From assembly GCA_002245135.1 (NCBI GenBank), contig NGBS01000301.1:1-64000 (forward strand): 64,000 nucleotides of DNA, given 5' to 3'. The notes under the pieces are model-generated. The model searched no databases. It was given only the letters and a program-made list of their open reading frames with translations, and was not told the DNA's origin. Both the position numbers and the translations under genes were made by a program. Below, piece by piece: positions 27,558 to 39,860 of the stretch; the stretch's first letter is position 1; each line of letters opens with the position of its first letter. The DNA is from Proteromonas lacertae (taxonomy: Eukaryota).

Positions 27558-28682
27558 TCAATAAACACTATTTAATAATTTTTCACCTCGAATTCCAGCT
27601 AATAGATTTTTAACAGCAATTTCACCCATTTTACCTCTTGTTCCAAAGGAAGCAGATCCAACATGTGGGAAGATCACACAGTTCTTAATTCTATGAATTA
27701 AAATAAATAATAAATAATGTAAATATACTTGAATAATGGATGATTTGTTGGTAATGGTTCAGGAGTAGTTACATCTAAGCCAGCAGCGTATAAATGACCA
27801 TTATTTAAATACTCAACTAATGCGTCTTGATCAACTGTTGCACCTCTGGAAGTATTAATTAAAATTGATCCTTTTTTCATCATTTTCAACGTATCTTTGT
27901 TTATTAAGTGATGAGTTTCAGGTGAATAACAACAATGAAGTGATACAATATCTGCTTGTTGTAATACCTCGTCTCTAGTTAAGTATTTTGCACCTAATTC
28001 CTTTTCAATTTCTGGTTTTCGATTTCTACTACTGTATATAATATTACAACCTAATCCTTTCATCATTTTAGCATATTCATAACCAATAGCTCCCATTCCG
28101 ATAATTCCGACTGTACTTCCGTATATATCTTTACCACAATAACCCAATGGAGTATATGGACCCCATGTACCTTCTCTAGCACTATCAACAGCCTATTTAT
28201 TGATTAATAGTAGAAATATACTGGGATTAATTGTCTTGATGCACAAAATGATAATGCTACAGCTGTTTCTGCAGTTGTTTTGGCTAATACTCCTGGTGTA
28301 TATCCAACTGTTAATCCTTTCTGCTTGCAATACTCAAGATCAATATGATCATAACCAACTGAAAAGGTACTGACCTAAATAAAATAATGAATTGAAAAAA
28401 TGGATATTTATATACAGTTTTCAATTGAGGTCCAACAGCATCAATTACTTCTTTATTAATTTTGTGAATTAAAGTGCAAAGAATTCCTACACATCCTTTA
28501 CCAGCATCTTTAATATCTATTACAAATAAAACTATATGTAATAATCATACTACCATCCTCTGGTAATGGGATTATCTCAATATCCTTTTGACTATTCAAC
28601 AAATCCATAGCTTCTTGAGGTAAACCACCAAGTACGAGAACCTATTCAACAATAACGGAAATAACTATACTTTCTTTGCCAT
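27558..28682 (-). CDS. D-isomer-specific 2-hydroxyacid dehydrogenase (glyoxylate/hydroxypyruvate reductase-like)
   Basis: STFSVGYDHID, GYTPGVLAKTTAE, GIIGMGAIG, LINTSRG, AAGLDVTTPEPLP, PHVGSAS. Confidence 0.95.
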
Positions 28683-28793
28683 TTAAATAAGATATGAAAG
28701 ATTGAAAATGAAAAGGTATGAAACGATTATATTTTTATTTCATTTTGGAACTATTTCTCATCAAACAACACATATTACACAAGTATAAAATAG

Positions 28794-30225
28794 CTATTTT
28801 ATATAAAGTGAGTTTACATGACAACTTTTCAATCGATCTTTAATTCCAGAATAATCCTTTAAACTTCCATCTATAAAATAATAACAATGATAATAACATA
28901 CTATATATAATCAATTCTTTCAATCTAACACAATTTGATATATATTTACTCAGATATATACATCCTTCATCAGTGATATGATTGTTATTTAAATCCAAAA
29001 CTTCCAAGTTTATCAAAACACTGAAATTGTTTGTAATTGATTGTAAGCAGTTATCACTAACCTTATTCTCTTGTAAACTCAGTCTTTTTAAGTAAATAAT
29101 GTCTGAAAAATGATCAAATAACTCTGAAACTCCAATATCACTTATCATATTATCTATATTATATTATAATTTTATTATTTATATATTATTATACACGATA
29201 GAGAAAGAAATGTGAGTTGTGGAATATATTTCAATCTAATACTTAAATAATGAATTCCAATATCTGATAATTTTACATTATTCAATGATAGATTTGTTAA
29301 TGAAGAAAAATAAATGAATTTATCACACAAGTATTCTACTCCACAATTATAGAGTGAATTTGAATTAAATGATAATCTGTCAATTCTCTTTGCTTGTGAT
29401 GATTCTATAAATCTGTCTATCATTTTCACTATATAAAAATTAAATAATAATAATTATAATAATATTCTTACTTCTATATGGTTTTACACTATGTATTACA
29501 TCATAATAATAATCAATATCAAATGATTTAATATAAGCTACTTGAGAATAATGATATAATAAATCATTTTCTATATTCATAAAACGTAATTTCAGTTCAC
29601 TGACTGTAATTCTTTTATCTTTATTGATTTTCAACATCTTTTTTATAAGTTTTTTATACTTTTTATTTTTTATTGAAATATGTTTATTACAAATGTCAAT
29701 TTGTTCTAAAAGCAAAAATGAATTATTAAGAGAGTTAAATAATGTTTTATTTTCTACTATTTCATATATTATTACTCCAATTGACCAAATATCGCTTAAA
29801 ATACTTATTTCTTTTGATAGTAATTGTTCTGGACTATTATAGTAAGAAAAAGGTATATCTAATCTTATATCATTTATAAAATAATCACTAACCATTATAT
29901 TACCATTTTTTGTGTATAATATATTTGTTGGTTTGATATTTCCATGATAGAATGACATTGAATCTAATTTTAGTAACATATTGATTAATTTTTGAAATAA
30001 ATCTGCTTCATTCACTTGTTTTATATTAATATTATCCTTTAAATTACACTTTAATACATTTTCTTCAAGTATCAAACTGGGATAATCGATATATTTTATA
30101 TATGAAGGTAAAAATACATCCAAAGATAATTTTTGAATGAATTTTACCTTTTCAATAAACTTTTGTAGGTATTTAACTCTGACATTGGATATATTTATAG
30201 TCTTTATTCTTAGCATAATATTCAT
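28794..30225 (-). CDS. Pseudokinase plus RNI-like leucine-rich repeats
   Basis: HGNIKPTNIL (Asn at the catalytic Asp), SDYF for DFG, SPEQ, SDIWSIG; then LxxLxLxxNxIxDxG repeats. Start codon uncertain. Confidence 0.8.
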
Positions 30226-30391
30226 ACGATTACTCCTTAAAATATGTATAAATATCTAATTTTAAAATATTTCTGTAACCAATAAATAATTATTAAAGAA
30301 GAAAATTTAAATTAAAAAAAAATGCTTGATTTTGGTTTGAAAAATTAAACCGTTTCAAAAAATAAAAAAATTAAAAATACAATCATATAAC

Positions 30392-31739
30392 TTAATTTAT
30401 TACCTTTTCAAAATGAAAACCAAAACATGCAGGTGCAAATTCTTGGAATATTCCACTATTAACCAAACCACTAAGAAAGAAATCAACAGTTGAGCCAAAT
30501 CCTAACCAAAACAACCCAAATTGCATAAACCATGGTAATCTTTTCAATTTAAAGAATGTCTTTTCAAATAACACTTGTGAAGTACAAACAAATGCTTGAA
30601 AAATGAAATACAAAATCTGTTTGCCAAACTTATCATTCATTCCAATTACAAACAAATATTCATGCGATAAACCACTAATTAAAAACACCAACAAGCTTAC
30701 CACAAATAATGAAACCCCTCTATTCTTTAATGGTGTGAAAATAGTTCTATGAAAAACATCACTCATTGCATCATTCCATCTCACACCCCAAAAATCTTTA
30801 AAACTGGTGCAAAGGATAGGGTTATGAAAAGGTGGGAAAACATTACATCCTTTTTTAATTAATATGTATGATAATAAATAACAACCTATTTATTCATAAT
30901 AATAATAATTTCAAAATATATAAATAAATACCTTGTGATAAGCCTAAATATGTTATCAACATTTGAAAACATGCATTTACGAATGGACATTTTGTTAATT
31001 GATAATTCACATTATAATATAATCTCAAGCATTCTGCTCCTAGTAAAGCATGAAATATAAAATGATTTAAACAGTATTTAGATCTATATATCTCATCTTC
31101 TTTGGATAATTTTTCTGTTACTTTATAACGAATAAAACAATTCATATATAAGAAGAATGAATTTATGTCATTTGTAACTAAATCTGTTTTGATATATGTG
31201 TCTAATATAATGTCTAATATTTTCCATGAATATGTAAACGATAAATTTGTGAAAGTTAACCTTCCTATTAGTGTATATCCTATATGATAGGGAATTACCA
31301 GTAACAGAACAGGGATGAATAAAATTGATAATGTTCTTTCGGATGAATATTTTGTAGGAATGTTCTGAGTCTATATGAGGACATATTGATTTTTCTTTTC
31401 CAATGAAAATAAAAATATAACTATTTTAGTTTAATAATATATTCTATATATACTCTGTTGTTAATGTTGATAAACTTAACCAGAATAATATCACTCTAAA
31501 AATATCAAAGTAAATGTGTAAACTAGGAATGTGCATCATAACATTAAATGTTTCAAAATGCAAAACTATTAAATGTTATGAATAATAATACCTGGAATAT
31601 CAAAGTTTACATACTTTTCGATAATCTCACTGACTATTGAAGGGTTAAAATACCAAGACAGCAGCATAATTATTGGACAAAAAAAAATATGCATCAAATA
31701 TTGCTGTTTATTAGCTTTATCATATTTAGAATCATCCAT
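30392..31739 (-). CDS. MBOAT family O-acyltransferase (wax synthase/MBOAT_2-like)
   Basis: PPFHNPILCTSFKDFWGVRWN and FLISGLSHEY; multiple TM segments. Confidence 0.88.
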
Positions 31740-31783
31740 TTTCAAATCAATCTGCTTGACATAATCAAACCTATATATCATCT

Positions 31784-32280
31784 ATGTTTCGCTGTATTGC
31801 AAAGAAAACAAGATTAATTGTAAGAAATATAAGTTATATTGATGTAACATTCCATAATGTTGATGGTAGTATCACAAAAGCTAAAGGAGAGATTGGTCAA
31901 ACACTTCTTTCTTTAGCCCATAAAGAAAAAGTCAATTTAGAAGGTATATTGTAATTCATAAACATTGTATAGGTGCATGTGAAGGATCTTGTGCTTGTTC
32001 TACATGTCATGTAATAATTAATAGTGATGACATGTTTAAAAAGCTAAAATCACCATGTGAAGAAGAGGAAGATCTATTAGATAGTGTTCCTGAATGTACA
32101 GAAAAGTATTTTAGTTGTTTTATAGTTTTAGATCTCGTTTAGCTTGTCAAATTACTTTAGAACCTGAATTAAATGGAATAGAAGTATATACATTACTTAT
32201 TCTATTTCTTAATATAGGTAACTTTACCCAAATTCACAAAGAATTTTTATGTTGATGGTCACATACCAAAACCTCATTAG
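31784..32280 (+). CDS. FDX2: Mitochondrial [2Fe-2S] ferredoxin, adrenodoxin/Yah1/FDX2 type (absent from the ORF track)
   Basis: Spliced over 3 introns: MFRCIAKKTRLIVRN..EGACEGSCACSTCHV..SRLACQI..NFYVDGHIPKPH*. Arg-rich presequence; FDX2-type C-terminus. Confidence 0.95.
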
Positions 32281-32345
32281 ATATATATTTAATAGTATTT
32301 TTTATATATAAATAAATAATATGATTGTTATTTTATTGTTTTATT

Positions 32346-33035
32346 TTACATCTGGTTTAATAGATTATCTAAATCATCACCATAAGACTGTAAGTTTGCA
32401 CTCATATCATTCAATTTATTCATCAAATCATTAGAACCATCATCTTTACTTCCTAATGCATTTATTTCAGCTTCTCTTTTTATATTTTTTTCTATTTCAT
32501 TTATTTCTAAATTCTATTTAATAAAGAAGAATAAATATTTTCATAATACATCTAAATCTGATTGTAGTTGTTCTAATGTAGGCATTCCTTTTGGACCTTT
32601 TGTTGTGATTTCTGTTAATTTTGATGTTGGTTTATTCTGCATGTGTTTTTTTATTTGTTTTTCTTTATTCTCTCTTTCCTTCTTATATTTTTCTAATTCT
32701 TGCTTTTGATTTTCAAGTTTCTCTTCTGAACGATCTGGAATCTTCTTTATGTTAGAATCAGGACTCTAAAAAATGATATAGATAACAATCAATTTCAATA
32801 CATCAGCAAATTCTTTGTTTAGTCTTTCTAATTCTTGTGCTCTTTTCTCTCTCCATGCTTTTAATTCTTCTATGGAATGATCCATCTATACTTTAAATTT
32901 CATCATATACATCTTTCAATAATTCATCTGGTTGATCTCTTTGTAGAGAGAGGAATAACTTCTATATCGCATCATAATTTCGAATAAAAATACTTCATCA
33001 GATAAATTATCATCAACAGGTGGATTTTCACTCAT
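32346..33035 (-). CDS. Hypothetical coiled-coil protein (4 exons)
   Basis: Open frame after removing three GT-AG introns of 25-36 nt; E/K-rich. Confidence 0.7.
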
Positions 33036-33094
33036 TAACAACAAAAAACAGTTCAAACCACTAAAAAAAAGCTTGAAGAATTTGGATTTTAAAA

Positions 33095-33853
33095 ATGAAT
33101 ATTCTCACTAGAGTTGTAAGATGCGGACAAAAATTGAATTGCAATACCTTAGCTGTGATGCCTAGATATTTTGCAAGCAAAACCAAAGTATTGTTTTGAT
33201 AGTGTTTTTATCTTCTAATAGAAAGAGCAATGTTTATACAAGAACAGGTGATAAAGGAAGATCATCATTATACAATGGTGAGAGACGTGCAAAGAACGAT
33301 CCAGTATTTGAAGCTTTAGGCAATACTGATGAATTAAACTCGTATTTATCTAGTAATAATATTATTAGAGCTATTGGAGTTGCTCATACTTTCTGTGATG
33401 AAGCAAAGAATGGATTATCTGATAAATTAACTCAAATTCAAAGTAGACTTCTTGATTTAGGAGCAGCTATTGCAACACCAGTAGATAAATCAAAGTATAA
33501 TATATACATATTGATATATTAATAGATCTGATAAAATCAATATGGTCAAATTTCCAGAAGATGAAGTGAAAATATTAGAAAGTTGGATTGATGAAATTGA
33601 TTCTCAATTACCACCATTAAAAACATTTATTCTACCATCAGGAGGAAGAAGTAGTAGTGCATTTCACGTTGCAAGAACTGTATGTAGAAGAGCTGAAAGA
33701 AGTGTTATTGATTTAGTTGCTAATGGTGAAATTGATCCAGTGGTTGGTAAATATTTAAATAGATTGAGTGATTTTATGTATGTAGCTGGTAGATATGCAG
33801 CTCAATTCGACAAGATTCCAGAAATTGCTTGGGTTCCAAAAAAGAAGTTTTAA
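33095..33853 (+). CDS. MMAB: Cob(I)alamin adenosyltransferase, PduO type, mitochondrial
   Basis: VYTRTGDKG, GNTDELNS, FILPSGG, ARTVCRRAER, YLNRLSD; presequence MNILTRVVR..PRYF. Confidence 0.96.
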
Positions 33854-33875
33854 ATATGGTGAATTATAGAATAAT

Positions 33876-36719
33876 TTATCTTATTTTAAATATACTGTTT
33901 TTAATTCTTTGATATACTCCATCCACTTTTACATAGATTTCTAAATTTCCATTAGTATTAGCTTTGAATGATACATCTATTTTACTCTCATTAAATGGCA
34001 CTCTTACTTTACTTTCCCCTAAGAAATAATTCTTTGATGGAATATCACTTTCTCCTTCATATATTTTTATCAATCCAACTCCTCTTTCTGATGGAACTTG
34101 AGTTGACTGTTCACAAGGTAATTCAGACATTCTATTTAACATCCTTTGTATAGAATTCCCACGCAAAACTCTTCTAATTTCCATTCCTAGTGAATGGGAT
34201 AAAACATCAACAATTTGATGATGTTCTACTTTTTCATCAGCTTTATTCTTAGCATATAAACAAGCACCAATAGCTACAGCTTCATCTGGATTTATACTGT
34301 GTTCTATTGGTTTATTAAAAGTTTCACTTAACATTTTATTCACTAATGGAATGTGACTAGAACCACCTGTTAATACAAATGCATTTATATCATTTATATT
34401 TAATTTGCTTGAAGAAATTGATTCTTTTACTTTTTCTATAGTTTGAGTAATATATGGTCTAATCATATTTTCAAATGCACTTCGATTTATATCTTCTTCA
34501 TAACTGTTTTTATTAATATCTAAACTAATTCTATGATTTTCTGATGATGTTAATGCTATTTTTATCTCTTCAGCTATTTTTTCTATTCTTCTAATTGCTT
34601 TTTCATCATTCAAATTAACTTTATTACCGAATTCATTAGATGCATTCACTTTAATGTATTTAATTAATTCCATTGTTAAGTCTTGACCTCCTAAATTGTT
34701 AATACCATCTGTCCAAATCACTTTCATCTTTTTACATTTACTGCCTTGAATTGATTCAATTCTTACAATTGAAACATCAAATGTTCCTCCTCCAAAATCA
34801 TATACCAATAAATTAAATGGATTTTTATTTATTAAATCATTATTCTTTTCAATATATGCTAGTGCAGCAGCTGTTGGTTCATTTATTAATGCGGTAACTG
34901 TAAATCCAGCTTCTTCAGCAGCAGCTATAGTTTGTTCACGATGAATAAAACTAAAATCAGCTGGAACTGTCAATACTATTGGATATTTTTTAGTTGGTGT
35001 ATCAGTTCCAGTTCCTGGAATAGTTGGAATTGATTCAGTTCTTATATGCTTCAATATCATTGATGAGATATCTTTTGGTGAATAATATATAATTTTGTTA
35101 TTATATTCTACTTTATACTTTATTCCATCATTATTCACTATTTTGTATGATTTTGATTTTAGTATTTCTTCATCTAATTCACTATAATCTTTACCTATAT
35201 ATCTTTTAGCATCACTAACTATTGTATATTTAGTGGGCAAAACATTATTAGCTGCTTTTCCATATAATATCTTATCACCTTTCTTTTCAAATGCAATTAT
35301 TGATGGTATACTTTGTTTTCCTCCACTTATTGGTGCTATTACTCTTGTGTTATTTACGGAATAATTATAATAAGCTGTGCAAGAAAATGTAGTTCCTAAA
35401 TCAATACCAAATGAAAATGGATATTTTTTATCCCATTCTCCTAATGTAAATTTTAATTCCATTTCATATTTTGATGAATAAACAGCAGCACCATAAGCAA
35501 TTGCTTCATCTGGATTTATACTTTGACATATTTTTTTACCAACAAAATAATCATTCAACAACTTCTTAATTCTTGGAATTCTACTTGAACCACCTGCTAA
35601 TACAATATAATCAATATCTCCAGCTTTTAAATTACAATGACTTAAAATGGTTTTAACTGTATTTAATGTGTTTTGGAATATATCTTCACATAGATTTTCA
35701 AATTTACTTTTATTGAAATTGATATCTCCAAAAATCTTAGTAATCTCTTCACTAATTTCATCAATTAGAGTTTCATCAACAGTTGATAGTGAAATTTTAG
35801 CAATTTCACTTCTTTGTCTAATTCTTTTTAAATATTTTCTATTTAATTTCATTCTTTCTTCTTTTTCTTCTTTTGATTCAGTCTTTGATTCTTCACCTCC
35901 ATCTTCAGGTTTATTATCATATTCATAACCTTTCATAAAATCCTTCTTCTTCTTTCTTATTTCATTGATCAAATATTCTACTATTCTATTAGTTATATCT
36001 TCACCTCCTAATTCACTATCTCCTTCAGTAGCAATAATACTTAACACATTATCTTCAACATGAACTATCGAAACATCAAATGTTCCACCACCAAAATCAT
36101 ATACTAAAATATTACATTTATCTTTATCAATTTCATTGGAATGACAATATGCTAATGCAGCTGCTGTAGCTTCTGGTAATAATTCATCAACTTTTATTCC
36201 AGCTTTTTCTGCAGCTTGTTTTGTTGCTTCTCTTTGTGAATATTGAAATACTGCTGGAATGCATATTACGGCATGAGTTTCTGAATTAATTACATCTGTT
36301 GTTCTTACTTTAGGTATTACTATTTGGTTAATATTCTTCAAAAATAATGATGTTATTTCCATAGGTGAAAAATAGTGTAAATTTTTATTATATTCTACTT
36401 CAAATAAAACATCATCATCTTTTCCTCTTTTAACAAATGGATAGAATTTTAATATATCAGGATTAATATCTGAATATTTTTTACCTATAAACCTTTTGGC
36501 ATTAGTAATTAAAGTAAACTCTTGATTACGGCTATTTAAAGCAGCATCTCCATATTTTATCTTATCATTTTTGCTGCTAAATGATATGCATGTTGGTATT
36601 ACATTCTTCTGACTTGAACTATTACTGTCAACAATCTCAACTTTATTCATTTTATAAAATGCTACACATGAGTTGGTAGTACCTAAATCAACACCTATTT
36701 TCACTTTATTACTTGACAT
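33876..36719 (-). CDS. Atypical Hsp70 with two tandem nucleotide-binding domains and a truncated substrate-binding domain
   Basis: Two full sets of DLGTT, KRxIG, ExTAAALAY, DFGGGTFDVS, GGSS and NPDEA in one uninterrupted 947-aa ORF. Confidence 0.92.
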   Translation of the reverse strand: MSSNKVKIGVDLGTTNSCVAFYKMNKVEIVDSNSSSQKNVIPTCISFSSKNDKIKYGDAALNSRNQEFTLITNAKRFIGKKYSDINPDILKFYPFVKRGKDDDVLFEVEYNKNLHYFSPMEITSLFLKNINQIVIPKVRTTDVINSETHAVICIPAVFQYSQREATKQAAEKAGIKVDELLPEATAAALAYCHSNEIDKDKCNILVYDFGGGTFDVSIVHVEDNVLSIIATEGDSELGGEDITNRIVEYLINEIRKKKKDFMKGYEYDNKPEDGGEESKTESKEEKEERMKLNRKYLKRIRQRSEIAKISLSTVDETLIDEISEEITKIFGDINFNKSKFENLCEDIFQNTLNTVKTILSHCNLKAGDIDYIVLAGGSSRIPRIKKLLNDYFVGKKICQSINPDEAIAYGAAVYSSKYEMELKFTLGEWDKKYPFSFGIDLGTTFSCTAYYNYSVNNTRVIAPISGGKQSIPSIIAFEKKGDKILYGKAANNVLPTKYTIVSDAKRYIGKDYSELDEEILKSKSYKIVNNDGIKYKVEYNNKIIYYSPKDISSMILKHIRTESIPTIPGTGTDTPTKKYPIVLTVPADFSFIHREQTIAAAEEAGFTVTALINEPTAAALAYIEKNNDLINKNPFNLLVYDFGGGTFDVSIVRIESIQGSKCKKMKVIWTDGINNLGGQDLTMELIKYIKVNASNEFGNKVNLNDEKAIRRIEKIAEEIKIALTSSENHRISLDINKNSYEEDINRSAFENMIRPYITQTIEKVKESISSSKLNINDINAFVLTGGSSHIPLVNKMLSETFNKPIEHSINPDEAVAIGACLYAKNKADEKVEHHQIVDVLSHSLGMEIRRVLRGNSIQRMLNRMSELPCEQSTQVPSERGVGLIKIYEGESDIPSKNYFLGESKVRVPFNESKIDVSFKANTNGNLEIYVKVDGVYQRIKNSIFKIR

Positions 36720-37288
36720 AGCCTTTTTACAGTAGAAATGTAAGTATTAATCCTATCAACTATAATACAATCTGAAAACTATTACTTATTATCAGCTAAA
36801 TATATTTAAAACGATATAACTACTGAATGAAGAGAAAAATTAAAAAAATGAAAATCCTTCAAGCAAAAGCTTGGTTTCTTTTTTTCAATTTAGAGAGTGA
36901 AATACATCAAATATAATACTTCTTTATGCAAAACATTAATATATTCTTAATTAATATGCTAATATTGTTTGTTTATGAAATAGTGAAAAATGAAAGATAA
37001 AACATAACTCAAATATGCTCATTTCACTTTTCATTCATTCATTTTCATTCTATATTTTATCATTAACACTTTATATTCATTGTACACAAACCACAAACTC
37101 ACTTTCTCTTATCTATAACTCAAATTATTATTTATAGTCATCATATATACAACAATACTCACTTTATTCATTTCATATCTTCAATCATTTATATCTTATA
37201 TATTTATTGACTTATTCAGTGTAACTGATTTGAATAAGAATGAAACGATCATATTTCAAAAACAATTCCAAAATCCAAATTTTGAAAA

Positions 37289-39415
37289 ATGAAAGTAATA
37301 GATAATGATATCGGTGAAAGAGGGTATATTTGATAATATTTGATTTTATAGGTTGAGTCGAATACTAGTGAATAATGGTTTCGGTGATTTGAAAGTGAAA
37401 GTAGGAGTAGAAGAAGTGTTGTGTGTGAAAAGCATCTTAATGAATGGAAATGCTACATTGAATAAGTTATTATTAGATGAAAAGCATAATGGTGTATTAG
37501 AGTTATATGAAAAATGTGAAATAAATTCATTTTTAGAGATAGAAAAATACTACAGTGGTGGTTGTATGGAGTTAAATGAAGATAATATGTGTGATATATT
37601 GAGATTCAGTGTATATTACAATGATGATGGAATAATGAGAATATGTAAAAGATATTTAAAGAATCATTTGAATGAATCAATAATGATAGAAATATTTTCA
37701 ATGTTAAATGGAATAAATATAAATCAATTGAATGAGATAAAAAGTGTATGTGAAGATTATATAAAATTGAATGGATATAACTATTTATGTGAAGGTATGA
37801 CTATATATTAAATTAAATATTAATATTTGAATAGATGATTTATTATTAAAACTGAATTTATATTCAATGAAATTCCTTCTGAATAATGAAAAACTGATAA
37901 TCAATGATGAGAGTTGGTTATTGAATCGATTATTGAGATGGTATAGATTAGTATTAAAAGAAGAATCAGAAAATGAAGAAGAATTTAATGAATTTATTTG
38001 TTTGTTAAAAACGAAAATTCATTTAAATGAAATAAAGATCGAAGAAATTTGCGAAGAAAATAAGATAGAATTATGTGAGTTAAAAGTGTCAATATACGAT
38101 TATGTTGCTGATCATATATGTATAAAGATGAACGAAGTAAAAAATAAAGAGTTGATAAGATTAATTCAAAAATATTATATAAAAGAAAATGATGATGAAA
38201 TGATGATAGAAGAAAATGATGTAAAAATGTTAAACTGCAAAGAAATGAAAGATGATTTGGAGAGATTATTATCTAATGAAGATATAAAAGTGATAGAAAT
38301 AGTGTTAATGATGATAATGAAAATGAAAATGAAAGATATAATTCCAAATGAAATCAAGAATAGATTGTTAAGAGATTTATTATATGATTATGGAAGAAAT
38401 AAAGAGAAATTTAACATTAAGATGCTTATGTTTATTTGTTGGTGATAAAAAGGATGTAATTACAATTGAGAATCTTTGTGGAAAAGAAGTATTGTATAAA
38501 ATGTTAAATGAAGATAATTATTTAGATTCAAAATCCAAAGAATTATTAATCAAATATATTCAAGAAATGAAATTGGATGAGAATGAAGAAGAAGAAATGA
38601 GAAAAATAATAATGGATGAAGAATTATTAGAAGAATTAAAAACAAAAGAAATTACATCCTTTTCATATCCTCAATCAGAATATTCATTTATATTGAATGA
38701 AGAAATATCTTTAATTCCTTCATTTGATGGATCAAAATGTGAATTTTCAATAAATCCATTATTACCAGATGGAATAATGATAGAAAAAGAAAATGGAATA
38801 ATTCATGGAAAGGTGAAAGAAAGTTGTGCAAAGAGAGAATATGAAATAATCTGTAAGAATATTCTAAATGAAAAGAAATTCAAAATATCATTAGAATTTC
38901 AGATTAAATTCAGTGAAGTAAACAAAGGTGATGGAATATCAATATCAAATAATGGAAAATTAATAAGAAAAGCAAATAATGGTTGGAGTCATTGTTATTT
39001 GAATTTAAAAATGGAAAATGGAATTTATCATATCAAATATCAATTTCATCAAAATGGAAATTGTTATAATCATATGATGTTAGGATTATCAACTAATAAT
39101 ATATATTCTGGTAATGATATTCATAATCAATCAACAACATGTAATTATTATGCATCTTATGGTCAAAGTCAAGATATTACTTCAATATGTCATATTGGAA
39201 GAATTGTTAAATCAAATCCAAATAACAAAAATCATGGAGATGGTTCAATTTATGAAGTGATTGTTGATATGAATAAAAAAGAATTTTGGATTAGTCATAA
39301 TGATTCATCTCCTGTTTTACTTGTTAAAGATTTACCTTCTCCATTATATCCTTATGTTGCATTATACATTTTAGAAGCTTCAATTGAATTATTATCAGTT
39401 TCTCATGAAGGATAA
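37289..39415 (+). CDS. BTB/BACK - putative Ig (He_PIG-like) - SPRY/B30.2-like protein
   Basis: GDLKVKVGVEEVLCVKSILM (BTB); LLNNEKLIINDESWLL (BACK); FSYPQSEY..FSINPLLPDGIMIEKENGIIHG (Ig); GDGISISNNG..VDMNKKEFWI..LYPYV (SPRY). One 1-nt indel near 38435. Confidence 0.8.
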
Positions 39416-39596
39416 ATATCTTATATTTTATTATTGATGATATTTTGTATTGATTATATGTTGATTATAACTCATAAATAATAAAATAAATAAATAGCTC
39501 GAATGATTCTGTTTTTGATAAAAATGAAATAAAAAGTGATGTGATAATTAATTTGTGTATTTGACTTAATGATGGCAATACTGAGAATGTATTGAT

Positions 39597-39675
39597 TATA
39601 ATATGATGAAATGGAGACGAAATTCTAACAGCTTCCCATTTTGGGTGATGGAGATGTTTATTCGACTTGATTATA
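39597..39675 (+). ncRNA. Possible box C/D snoRNA
   Basis: TATAA-T-ATGATGA (box C) ... CTTGA-TTATA: 5-bp terminal stem with kink-turn spacing, 79 nt, intergenic. Box D is imperfect and no target was identified. Confidence 0.3.
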
Positions 39676-39860
39676 TGTTTTCAAGGTTATAATATATAGA
39701 AGCTCTAACTATATAAACAAAGTATTGTGATATAGAATTTACAAAAGAAAAATCTCTTATTATAAGAGATAAGATAAGATTCTTTTGTTGTATTATCAAT
39801 CCATATATATGAAAACAAAATACTATTATGTTTAAAATGAAAAACTATTTTATTTATTAA

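Noticed and set aside
36718..36740. U5 snRNA loop-1-like GCCTTTTTAC
   Set aside because: It has five Ts, no flanking stem and no Sm site, and abuts the Hsp70 start on the other strand.
39742..39788. Hairpin ATCTCTTA-TTA-TAAGAGAT with outer CAAAAGAA/TTCTTTTG arms
   Set aside because: AT-rich and isolated, with no element ends or copies seen; plausible by chance.
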